Below are positions 45,479 to 53,956 of a DNA stretch of 64,000 nucleotides, piece after piece. Each line of letters begins with the position of its first letter. The first letter of the stretch is position 1. The DNA lies in assembly GCA_035542975.1 (NCBI GenBank), contig DATKKK010000040.1, forward strand, positions 13,857 through 77,856, read 5' to 3'. Position numbers and translations under genes: made by a program. This DNA is from Candidatus Bathyarchaeia archaeon. Lineage in GTDB: Archaea > Thermoproteota > Bathyarchaeia > Bathyarchaeales > Bathycorpusculaceae. The notes beneath the pieces were generated by a model. It had not been told where the DNA came from and searched no databases. It saw nothing but the letters and a program-made list of their open reading frames with translations.

Positions 45479-48226
45479 CTATGGTCCTTTCTGTCCGTAA
45501 TGCGCTATTATTGTAACGAGATCGAGGATGTCAATTTTTCCATGTGGAGATGCTATATCTGCTTTCGAATTCCAGTTTGATTCTCCCAATGTGGAGCCAT
45601 ATATTCCTGATACTATGACTACATCTTGAATGTTAACGACTCCATCATTGTTCAAGTCGCCAAGTATCAGTGAAGCTCGAGTCAGAAACTCGCTTTGAGT
45701 AAGTTCACTATTCGAAGTGAAAATATATTCGAAGTTGCCATCACCATTTGGATCCACTCTAACGATAACACCTTTTTCACCACGAGAAAGAGCATTCCAA
45801 TCAATAGTGTATTGATAGATTACATCAGTTGTTACAGGGATCTCGATGGCAGTAAACGCAGAGAATTTTTGATTGTCGTCTTCTTCTGTCAGATTTCCTA
45901 AAAAGGCAGATAAATTGTATACACCAACATCAGTGCCTTTCAGAAAAACTTGGTAGTTGCCAGCAACAGGGAGAGGAATTTCTATTAATTGTGGAGAAAT
46001 CCCATGACCGCTATAAAATGCCTCAGGTATTTCGTTGACCTCTCGTTGGGTCATGAAGTCAAAACCTACACGTCTTCCTTTGCTATCCACAACCAACAGA
46101 TCTGCTGATGAATCTGCCATTACATGCAAAAACTTTTCGCAGAGAACAGTGGGTGCAGGTCCGGATGTTAATTCCATTCGGTCTATGCGCACTTCCGTAA
46201 GATCAATTGTCAGGTTGCCGTCAGAAACACTTTCACCCATGTCTGATACCTTTGCCCACGTATAGAGTTGTGCTTCGAAAATCCAACTGTACTTATGACC
46301 TACTTCAAGATTTAAGAGACCTTGAATAACGTATTGAGAATCATTGAAACTCTTTGAATCTCCACCATAACTGTCTAAGGACGCGAATTCTTGGTCTGAT
46401 TGATAGTGGTAAATGTCCAAATCCTCTTTCCAAATTTCTGTTGAAGTTGTCTCGTCGTAGACTCGAAGACTGGCGTTGAAAAACAACCCTTGGCTTATCG
46501 TGCTAGCTGAAAGTTTGGATGTGAAAGAGATAGCTGACCACGTTATAAGTCCATTGACATTGAATGTTGCTTTTGCTCTTGATTCCCCAAACCAATTATT
46601 GACCCACGAATCTTCAAATGCTACAGTTGCAAAAGCTCTGCTATCTCCTCCAAGGGCTGACCATGTCCGCGCTACAATCTTTCCTTTTCCACTTGACTCA
46701 TCAACCGCCAAATCATGCGACGCTTGTGCCGCTCCGAAGGATTCATGCCATCCTGTTCCAGGTGGTGTTGAAAGTTGAAAGGGTGGATTGAACGTTTTGA
46801 GGGCAGGTGTGGCGTTCAAGGAAATTGGGGTTGTGTGTGAAAGAGTGCCGCTGGTTCCTGTCACGTTTAGTGTATAGACTCCAAGCGTTGCTGTGTTTTC
46901 AAGGGCGACCGTCAGAGTGGAGGTTTTTGAGCCTCCTATTTCGGGTGTAACAAACTGAGCACTTAATGATGCCGTAATCTTTGATGGTGTACCTGTTAGG
47001 TCTAGTTCGACTTGGTGGTTAAAGCCGAACATTGAGGTTATGGTAATAGTTGATGCACTTGAATTGCCTTGCTGAATTGATAACAAAGCTGGAAAAGCCG
47101 TGACTAAGAAGTCTGGCGTTGGTTTCCATGGGTTTGTGAGAGGGTAGCGATCTTTGTTTATTCCGCCTATTTTGTAGGAATGATCTAATATGCCATCACT
47201 GCCTGTTTCATTTTGATACGATCCGCTATATGAGTCCACATCTGCATAGTCACTCCAATAGTTTCCGCCAGATGGATAGTCGTTGTCCCAAGCGTTTGCA
47301 TAAGCTCCAGCCTGAGATTCTAAACGCACTTGTTGCGAGTTACTTACTAGATTGTTATGGTAAATGTTGTTGTTGTATGGATATTCAGGTCCGTAGAGCC
47401 AGATACCCTTTGAATTGTGCGTTATATTGTTTCCAAAAATGTTATTGTCCCAGCAACATGCAAGCCAGATTCCGTAACCACTGTTTGCAAACGTATTTCC
47501 GAAGATATTATTGTGCATAGATACCAACACTATGATGGCCTCTTCACTGCCTGCTACATTGTTTCCATAAAGGAGGTTGTAATTCGAAAAACTCCACACC
47601 GCGATGCCTCGATTATTGCTTTTTATAGTGTTGCCATATACGATGTTGTGTTTCGAGCTGGAAATAAAGAGACCTGCACTATTACTTGCTATTGTGTTTC
47701 CAGAGACACTATTGTCTGAAGAAGAACCAAAAGCGATGCCGTAATCCCTGTTTGCTGTTATGTTGTTTCCACAAATACTATTACTTGAAGAGGAAGCAAA
47801 GTAGATGCCTTCATTATTGTTTGTTATGTTATTTCCAGAAATGAGGTTGCTTGAAGAGGTTCTAAAATCGATGCCATAGTTAAAACCTTTTATGTTCACG
47901 TTTTGAATTGTCACATTGTTTATTCCGGATAAATAGAATCCGTCCCCGCTTCCAGAGCCTTGAAGGATGTAGCCGTTTCCGTCAATTTTTATGTTTTTTT
48001 TCTCAACCACAATAGAACCATTAATGTTATCAGCGAAGGTGTAGGTAATATTGTCGACGGTTGAGATGGGAATGCCTGAAGGGTCGATGCTTCCATCCAC
48101 CCTAATATAAATGACTCCACTCGCTCTGACCGGCTCAACCTTGAAAGCTACTTCCAAAATTCCAATAATAAGAATAAATAGAATTATCCCGGAAGTGGCT
48201 CTCTTAACCAAGTCTTCTCTCTCCAA
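45479..48226 (-). CDS. Large secreted/surface protein: signal anchor, parallel beta-helix (PbH1/NosD-like) repeats, Ig-like and beta-rich middle, C-terminal dockerin-like module
   Basis: 915 aa, TTG start. GIILFILIIGILEVAF anchor. About 10 repeats of the type NNITNNNEGIYFASSSSNSICGNNITANRDYGIAFGSS. C-terminus GDLNNDGVVNIQDVVIV...GKIDILDLVTIIAHYGQKGP. Confidence 0.8.
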   Translation of the reverse strand: MEREDLVKRATSGIILFILIIGILEVAFKVEPVRASGVIYIRVDGSIDPSGIPISTVDNITYTFADNINGSIVVEKKNIKIDGNGYILQGSGSGDGFYLSGINNVTIQNVNIKGFNYGIDFRTSSSNLISGNNITNNNEGIYFASSSSNSICGNNITANRDYGIAFGSSSDNSVSGNTIASNSAGLFISSSKHNIVYGNTIKSNNRGIAVWSFSNYNLLYGNNVAGSEEAIIVLVSMHNNIFGNTFANSGYGIWLACCWDNNIFGNNITHNSKGIWLYGPEYPYNNNIYHNNLVSNSQQVRLESQAGAYANAWDNDYPSGGNYWSDYADVDSYSGSYQNETGSDGILDHSYKIGGINKDRYPLTNPWKPTPDFLVTAFPALLSIQQGNSSASTITITSMFGFNHQVELDLTGTPSKITASLSAQFVTPEIGGSKTSTLTVALENTATLGVYTLNVTGTSGTLSHTTPISLNATPALKTFNPPFQLSTPPGTGWHESFGAAQASHDLAVDESSGKGKIVARTWSALGGDSRAFATVAFEDSWVNNWFGESRAKATFNVNGLITWSAISFTSKLSASTISQGLFFNASLRVYDETTSTEIWKEDLDIYHYQSDQEFASLDSYGGDSKSFNDSQYVIQGLLNLEVGHKYSWIFEAQLYTWAKVSDMGESVSDGNLTIDLTEVRIDRMELTSGPAPTVLCEKFLHVMADSSADLLVVDSKGRRVGFDFMTQREVNEIPEAFYSGHGISPQLIEIPLPVAGNYQVFLKGTDVGVYNLSAFLGNLTEEDDNQKFSAFTAIEIPVTTDVIYQYTIDWNALSRGEKGVIVRVDPNGDGNFEYIFTSNSELTQSEFLTRASLILGDLNNDGVVNIQDVVIVSGIYGSTLGESNWNSKADIASPHGKIDILDLVTIIAHYGQKGP

Positions 48227-48317
48227 ATGATACTCAAGTTAGCCCAGATAGATAACACTTTTGAAACAATCTTCTATCGAATTGAAAAGAAGTTGCTTTT
48301 GTATTCACAACAAAATC

Positions 48318-48335
48318 CTAGTTGAGCTCAACTAG
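48318..48335. promoter_or_regulatory. Perfect 18-bp palindrome CTAGTTGAGCTCAACTAG in a divergent promoter spacer
   Basis: Seen directly, between the start of the 915-aa surface protein (48226) and the glycerate kinase start (48445). Confidence 0.5.
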
Positions 48336-48444
48336 TGCTCAAAATGTAGCGCGCGGCAGACTAAATAATCACATTGTTAAGTTTATTAGCATTAACTTAT
48401 TACACTTACGCATCAACCATGAAAAACCTTAACATGGGTTACAC

Positions 48445-49821
48445 ATGATAACGATAGAAAACAAACAACAACTCATCGAAAACGGCGAGACACCGTTAAA
48501 CCGAAAAGCCAGAAAGCTAGCTCTCGAAAGCTTCGAAGCCGCGTTGAACGCTGTTGACTCGAAGAAAATAGTAAAATCAAGGCTTCATCTGAAAGATTCG
48601 ATGCTCAAAGTGGACGGTTACTCTTTTGACTTGGAAAAATTTAAGCACGTTTACGTGGTGGGTGGTGGCAAAGCAAGTGGTTCGATGGCTGAAGGGTTGG
48701 AAGAGGTTTTAGGCAATCGGATAACGAAGGGAATCGTGAATGTGCCAAAGGGAAGCAAACTGAAAACACGAACAATATTGCTCCACGAAGCCAGTCATCC
48801 GATGCCTGATGAACATGGCGTGGACGGCACGCGTCGCATTGTGGAGATTGCCGAGCAAGCAGAAAAAAACGATTTGATTATTTGTTTGATTTCAGGTGGC
48901 GGCTCAAGCCTCATGCCGTTGCCACGTGGAGGAATCTCGATCTCCGACAAGAGGCTGATTACAGACGCTCTGCTCAAGAGCGGAGCCACGATAAACGAGA
49001 TTAACACTGTTCGCAAACACACATCTGATTTTAAAGGCGGCTGGCTTGCGAAAAAAGCCTATCCCGCTACCATCCTGAACTTGATTCTTTCGGATGTGGT
49101 TGGCGACCCGCTAGATTTTATTGCCTCAGGTCCTACGGTTCCTGATTCCACGACATTTAGTGACGCGTTGAATATTCTGAAAAAGTACAAGTTATGGGAG
49201 AAAACGCCAGAATCAATAAAGAATGTGCTGCTGGAAGGAGAAAAAGGCATAATTCCTGAAACGCCTAAAGCAGGTGACGAAGCCTTCAAGAATGTTGTCA
49301 ATGTTGTCATCGGCAACAACAGAGTCGCAGGTTTAGCAGCTTGTCAACAAATGAAAACTTTGGGTTTAAACACGTCATTGTTGACGGCGACGATGGAAGG
49401 CGAGGCTCGCCAAGTGGCAAAACTGCTAGCATCAATCGCCCGTGAAGCTTCTATTTCAAACAATCCTGTTGCGAAACCAGCAGGCATAGTTGCAGGCGGA
49501 GAAACGACCGTGACGGTTGTTGGGAAAGGTCGGGGCGGCAGGAATCAGGAGCTGGCTTTGGCTGTCGCGTTGAAGTTGAAAGGTTTGGATGGTGTGGTTC
49601 TGGCTTCGCTGAGCACGGATGGTGTTGACGGTCCGACGGATGCGGCTGGAGCGATAGTGGATGGAAAAACGCTTGCCCGAGCAGAAAAGATGGGGTTAAA
49701 CGCGGAAAAGTTTCTAGCTAACAACGATTCATTCACGTTCTTTTCCAAGCTTGGTAACCTTATCTTTACTGGGCCTACAGGCACGAACGTCAACGACATC
49801 ACCGTGATGGTGTCCGTGTAG
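48445..49821 (+). CDS. Glycerate 2-kinase (MOFRL / DUF4147 family)
   Basis: ...VYVVGGGKASGSMAE...LISGGGSSL...(MOFRL) ...GGETTVTV.GKGRGGRNQELALA...LASLSTDGVDGPTDAAGAIVD. Confidence 0.85.
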   Translation: MITIENKQQLIENGETPLNRKARKLALESFEAALNAVDSKKIVKSRLHLKDSMLKVDGYSFDLEKFKHVYVVGGGKASGSMAEGLEEVLGNRITKGIVNVPKGSKLKTRTILLHEASHPMPDEHGVDGTRRIVEIAEQAEKNDLIICLISGGGSSLMPLPRGGISISDKRLITDALLKSGATINEINTVRKHTSDFKGGWLAKKAYPATILNLILSDVVGDPLDFIASGPTVPDSTTFSDALNILKKYKLWEKTPESIKNVLLEGEKGIIPETPKAGDEAFKNVVNVVIGNNRVAGLAACQQMKTLGLNTSLLTATMEGEARQVAKLLASIAREASISNNPVAKPAGIVAGGETTVTVVGKGRGGRNQELALAVALKLKGLDGVVLASLSTDGVDGPTDAAGAIVDGKTLARAEKMGLNAEKFLANNDSFTFFSKLGNLIFTGPTGTNVNDITVMVSV

Positions 49822-49841
49822 GTTTCGAGGAGTAGAACGCG

Positions 49842-50111
49842 GTGATTGTGTCAGTCAAGTTTGTCGGCGTCTTCCGTAGCCTATCTGGCAAGAGCAAACT
49901 TGGTCTCAAACTTGCAAAGAACACGATTTTGAGGGAGGTTATAAAGAAGATAATTGAGGAATCACCCCAGCTTACGCAGGCGTTGAGTAATCCTAAACCA
50001 AATATGCTTGTCCTCGTTAACGGAAGAGAGATTAGCGTTTTAAACGGGTTAGAAACTGTTGTTAAAGCAGGAGACGAGCTGGTTTTTGTTCCTGTCATGC
50101 ATGGAGGCTAA
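49842..50111 (+). CDS. MoaD/ThiS-family ubiquitin-like small protein ending in Gly-Gly
   Basis: 89 aa, GTG start after GAGGAG. ...MLVLVNGREISVLNGLETVVKAGDELVFVPVMHGG*. The stop overlaps the start of the next gene. Confidence 0.75.
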   Translation: MIVSVKFVGVFRSLSGKSKLGLKLAKNTILREVIKKIIEESPQLTQALSNPKPNMLVLVNGREISVLNGLETVVKAGDELVFVPVMHGG

Positions 50112-50901
50112 GAAGCGGTTGAGGCTTTATGCAGTAAAGACAAAAACCATAACGGTCAATGACAACCTCACAGAAGTGATTCTTGAAGCGTTGAAAAAGC
50201 AAGACTTGCAGTTGGAAGATAACGACGTGCTTGCCTTAGCCTCAAAGATCGTGTCCTACGCTGAAGGACGACTGATAAAATTAAGTGAGATTAAGCCTTC
50301 TGGAAAAGCCAAAGAACTCGCAACACAATATTCATTGAAGCCAGAATTTGTCCAGCTAATCTTACGTGAAGCGGAGAAAATTTATGGCGGAGTCGAGAAG
50401 GCTGTTTTGACGCTTAAGAATAGTGTTTTGACGGCTAACGCGGGAATCGATAACAAGAATGTGCCTGAGGACTATGTAGTTTTGTGGCCAAGCGAGCCAG
50501 AAAAATCGGCGAAACGCATCAAGGAAGAGATTCGGCGCAAAACGGGAAGACGAGTCGCTGTTTTGATCGTGGACAGTGGTCTGATGCCGCTTCGCATTGG
50601 AACGGTTGGGTTGGCTTTGGCTGTTGCTGGGTTCAAGCCGATAAGAGACCACAGGGGTAAAAGGGACATTTATGGAAAACCGATAATGATTACGAGGCAT
50701 GCAGTTGCAGATGATTTGGCTTGTTCGGCGCATTTGCTGATGGGCGAGGCGACCGAGAAAACTCCAGTGGTCTTGATTAAGGATGCGCCAGTAGATTTTG
50801 ATGAAGGAATATATGGTTCAAAAGACTTGATGATTCCGTTCAACGAATGCCTGTTCATGTCTACTTTTCTTCGCAGCTTGCATGGTTCAGAACAGGCATG
50901 A
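50101..50901 (+). CDS. CofE-like (F420-0:gamma-glutamyl ligase family) protein
   Basis: Start taken at the ATG at 50101 (MEAKKRLRLYAV...). ...DVLALASKIVSYAEGRLIKL...LTANAGIDNKNVP...LWPSEPEKSAKRI...VAVLIVDSGLMPLRIGTVGLALAVAGF...ADDLACSAHLLMGEATEKTPVVLIKD. Confidence 0.75.
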   Translation: MEAKKRLRLYAVKTKTITVNDNLTEVILEALKKQDLQLEDNDVLALASKIVSYAEGRLIKLSEIKPSGKAKELATQYSLKPEFVQLILREAEKIYGGVEKAVLTLKNSVLTANAGIDNKNVPEDYVVLWPSEPEKSAKRIKEEIRRKTGRRVAVLIVDSGLMPLRIGTVGLALAVAGFKPIRDHRGKRDIYGKPIMITRHAVADDLACSAHLLMGEATEKTPVVLIKDAPVDFDEGIYGSKDLMIPFNECLFMSTFLRSLHGSEQA

Positions 50902-51595
50902 GTTTTGCATCCTTCAAAACCTTATGCAACGAAACTCCAATCAAGGCTGAGAAAACTGCGATTATTGCTCTTTCTACTGGATAGTAAACCATGGTAACTC
51001 CCCATGTGCTTAGCCAATAGCTTAAGTCGGCTGTCAAAATCAGCTCGAAAGTTAAAGAACCTGCAATTTGGCCTGCTAAGGTTGAGGTCAGACAGGTTAC
51101 TAGGAATGCGACGACAAGTTTTGAATCGTTAGTCGAGTTTAGTGTTTTAGTAGATGTGAATGGTAAAGGCAACGTTAGTATGACTAGCCCGATTATTTGA
51201 AACCATAAGTACATGGGAAGAAGCCAAAGTGGTCCAATAGTGGGATAGAAAGCGAGAAAAAGCAGAAGCAAAAGATAGAAAATTACTGAGACGGTTCGCT
51301 TGCTGATGCGAATCATACCGCTACAGAACGTAGCGGCAACGCCTGAAGCAAGACTTGGCAGAGCAAAGGAACCAAAGAAAAACCCTATTATCCCGCCAAA
51401 CAACGCTGACAACGTGCCTATGTAAGGACCTAGGATTATGCCTACCAACGGCGCCATCATCGCCGCCGCAGTTATCGCTTGCCCGGGTAAGCCGATTATC
51501 GGAGAGATTCTGATAAAGCCAAAAACAACGTACAATGCCGTGAAGGTCACGGTTAGGGCTAAATTCTTCGCTGAAAGCCTCGCTTGCGCGGTCAT
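50861..51595 (-). CDS. Polytopic membrane protein (ECF-transporter S-component-like)
   Basis: 244 aa, about 6 TM; N-terminus LALTVTFTALYVVFGFIRISPIIGLPGQAITAAAMMAPLVGIILGPYIG. The assignment is tentative. Confidence 0.5.
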   Translation of the reverse strand: MTAQARLSAKNLALTVTFTALYVVFGFIRISPIIGLPGQAITAAAMMAPLVGIILGPYIGTLSALFGGIIGFFFGSFALPSLASGVAATFCSGMIRISKRTVSVIFYLLLLLFLAFYPTIGPLWLLPMYLWFQIIGLVILTLPLPFTSTKTLNSTNDSKLVVAFLVTCLTSTLAGQIAGSLTFELILTADLSYWLSTWGVTMVYYPVERAIIAVFSALIGVSLHKVLKDAKLMPVLNHASCEEK

Positions 51596-51662
51596 TTTGT
51601 CGTCAACCCTGTGTTTTTTGTGGAAAGCTAATATTTTGAAACCCTTTTATAAATGAAACATT

Positions 51663-52457
51663 ATGCCTCGCTCAATAGTTACTTTGACGACGGATTTTGG
51701 GTTGAGAGACTCTTACGTGGCAGAGATGAAAGCCGTAATTCTGAGCATAAACCCAAGCACGGTTATTGTGGATGTGTCGAATGAAATAGAAAAATTCAAC
51801 ATAAGAATGGGCGCGTACACGTTGGCTTGTGCAGCTCCTTACTTTCCAACGGGCACGATTCACGTAGCGGTCGTAGACCCTAATGTTGGAACAAAACGCA
51901 AAGCCATACTGGTGCAAACTGAGCGAGCATATTTCATCGGACCCGACAACGGTATACTAGCTCTTGCAGCAAGAAATCAGAGCATAAGGCATGTTTATGA
52001 AGTATCGAACAGAAAACTGATGCTGTCTAAGGTGTCAGGCACTTTTCATGGAAGGGATATTTTTGCACCCGCAGCCGCCTATCTGGCAAATGGCGTTCCT
52101 CCAGAAGATTTTGGAACAGAATTGAGGGAAATCGAAAAACCAGCCTTCGCAAACGTAATCAGACAAACTAACAGGTTGATAGGCGAAGTTGTTCACATAG
52201 ATGGTTTTGGTAACGTGATAACAAGTTTTTTGGTAGAAGATGTTGAGTCCATGAAAGCAAAAGCTGTCGTAAACATCAAGCTTAACGATGTCCGCTTCAA
52301 ATTAAGGCTTTGTGAGACGTACGCAGACGCAAAGAAGCAGGAACTGTTTGCCATAATAGGAAGTCACGGCTTTCTAGAAATTTCAGCGAACAAAGGCAAC
52401 GCCGCTCAGAAATTTAAAGTTAAAAGCGGAGACAAAATCTCTCTGCTTACCCCTTAA
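51663..52457 (+). CDS. SAM hydrolase / SAM hydroxide adenosyltransferase (DUF62) family
   Basis: IVTLTTDFGLRDSYVAEMKAVILSINP...IHVAVVDPNVGT...FIGPDNGIL...FHGRDIFAPAAAYL. Confidence 0.85.
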   Translation: MPRSIVTLTTDFGLRDSYVAEMKAVILSINPSTVIVDVSNEIEKFNIRMGAYTLACAAPYFPTGTIHVAVVDPNVGTKRKAILVQTERAYFIGPDNGILALAARNQSIRHVYEVSNRKLMLSKVSGTFHGRDIFAPAAAYLANGVPPEDFGTELREIEKPAFANVIRQTNRLIGEVVHIDGFGNVITSFLVEDVESMKAKAVVNIKLNDVRFKLRLCETYADAKKQELFAIIGSHGFLEISANKGNAAQKFKVKSGDKISLLTP

Positions 52458-52542
52458 ACCTAAAACCGCAAATCATGTTCAAGGATTAACCGAAATATCA
52501 TCGTGCTTGAGCAAATTCCAAGCATTGGAATTAGAAGCATCA

Positions 52543-52579
52543 GTTGAACCTATTTATAGGGGGGGGTAGGTAGCCTCAG
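52543..52579 (+). repeat. Copy 2 of the promoter-like repeat, extended version
   Basis: gttgaacctatttataggggggggtaggtagcctcag, in the convergent spacer between DUF62 (end 52457) and nadM (stop 52604). Confidence 0.6.
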
Positions 52580-52603
52580 AGAGAGTAGGTGAACGCAGAA
52601 AAA

Positions 52604-53128
52604 CTAGATTTTGTCGCTTTTGTTCAAGTCTTTAAGCCTATTAATTCCGTCTATCTCTTTTATAAACGCAGCCACACTTTTCGGAATCAGCTTCTCCCAA
52701 CTTTCATCTCTGATCATTTTTTCTCTGATCTGGGTTGAAGAGTAAACTTTCCTGTCATAAAACTCGACTTTCTTAACCTTGTAGCCAGCTTCCATGAACA
52801 GTCGATGCGTCAACGGCTCATTAGAAAAAACTACTTGAAACTTTGGCGTGTAGCCTTCGAGCGCTGAAACCCACATCATGTGCAGACGCACGTCAGGAAC
52901 AGGCACAATCCAAACTCGATCGCCATCAATTTTAGCCTCCTCCAAAGCCCTGCGAACCATGACCAACCGTTCGCCAGCCGTAAACGGGTTAGCAAGCTCA
53001 TGACTGTACTGAGCACTGCCGATGACGATTACAGCTTCGTCAACTTCTTCCAGAATCTTCTTCACTACGCTGAGATGTCCAAGGTGAAAAGGCTGAAACC
53101 TCCCGACATAAAGCCCACGCTTAACCAT
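52604..53128 (-). CDS. nadM: Nicotinamide-nucleotide adenylyltransferase (archaeal NadM type)
   Basis: Start taken at the ATG at 53128: MVKRGLYVGRFQPFHLGHLSVVKKILEEVDEAVIVIGSAQYSHELANPFTAGER. Confidence 0.85.
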   Translation of the reverse strand: MVKRGLYVGRFQPFHLGHLSVVKKILEEVDEAVIVIGSAQYSHELANPFTAGERLVMVRRALEEAKIDGDRVWIVPVPDVRLHMMWVSALEGYTPKFQVVFSNEPLTHRLFMEAGYKVKKVEFYDRKVYSSTQIREKMIRDESWEKLIPKSVAAFIKEIDGINRLKDLNKSDKI

Positions 53129-53168
53129 CAAACACCACTGTTTCCACGTACTAGCCGCCGAGCTTTTA

Positions 53169-53762
53169 TCATTTGCGATAATCAACCTTTTTCAGCACAA
53201 GCTCAACAGGAAAAACCTGCAACTTCCCATCTTTCAAAGCAACCTCCCGTTTAGAAGTGTAGCCCCTCTTCTCCCGCCTCAACAACGCAACCTTCATGGG
53301 TAAACCACCACCATATCCGCCTAGACTAAAATCAGAACAAACAACCCTATGGCACGGAACAAGCGGCGCAAAAGGATTCCTAGCATTAACGTTGCCAACT
53401 GCTCTTGCGCCTCCACCAACCGCCTTGGCAATCAGACCGTATGAAGTGGCATAGCCTATTGGAATCGAATACACTGCTCCAAGCACTTTCCCAGTATACT
53501 TCGGCAAATGTTCCATAGCAAAAGAAAAACGTGAAGAAACATCCTTTCCATCATACACATTCTTCAAAACAGCAACCACACGGTTACCGAAAGCCGAAGG
53601 CTTTTCAACTTTCTGAAAAGTAATCTTGCGTGGCATGCTTCTCAGAAGGCCTTCCTCGGTTTCCTTTCTATCTGGATCAAACCACGTTGCAAAAATCTTT
53701 TCCCTTTTGTAGGCAACTCCAAACCAGACGTTTTCAGCTTCTTTGACGTAAACCTCTACCAA
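53169..53762 (-). CDS. ogt: Methylated-DNA--protein-cysteine methyltransferase (Ogt/MGMT family)
   Basis: C-terminal domain ...ATSYGLIAKAVGGGARAVGNVNARNPFAPLVPCHRVV (PCHRV active site). TTG start. Confidence 0.8.
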   Translation of the reverse strand: MVEVYVKEAENVWFGVAYKREKIFATWFDPDRKETEEGLLRSMPRKITFQKVEKPSAFGNRVVAVLKNVYDGKDVSSRFSFAMEHLPKYTGKVLGAVYSIPIGYATSYGLIAKAVGGGARAVGNVNARNPFAPLVPCHRVVCSDFSLGGYGGGLPMKVALLRREKRGYTSKREVALKDGKLQVFPVELVLKKVDYRK

Positions 53763-53790
53763 ACAGCTTCACCCGTCACAGTATCTGTAG

Positions 53791-53810
53791 GACATTAAGT
53801 TTAATAGTTT
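53791..53810 (+). repeat. Left 20-nt direct repeat GACATTAAGTTTAATAGTTT (putative att core)
   Basis: Perfectly repeated at 55991-56010. The preceding GTA is also shared. Confidence 0.85.
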
Positions 53811-53956
53811 AGCGTTGGCGGCATCGCCCACAAATTCCCCTCTTTCTGGCGCGCGCAACCGAGTATTAGAAAATCGACTTAAAGACAGAAAAATGGGTAT
53901 TTTACTGAGCTATTATGGTGAGGTAAAACTCTATCATAAAAAGAAGAAAAAAAGGG

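Noticed and set aside
1813-52579. The direct repeats CAACCTATTTATAGGGGGG next to the tRNA gene (1813) and at 52543 as attL/attR of a 50-kb island.
   Set aside because: The enclosed 50 kb is full of core genes (eS26, RpoK, thermosome, eS25, histone, eS17, pyrC). A third, inverted copy exists at 14353-14402. The motif looks like a promoter word rather than a tRNA-derived att site.
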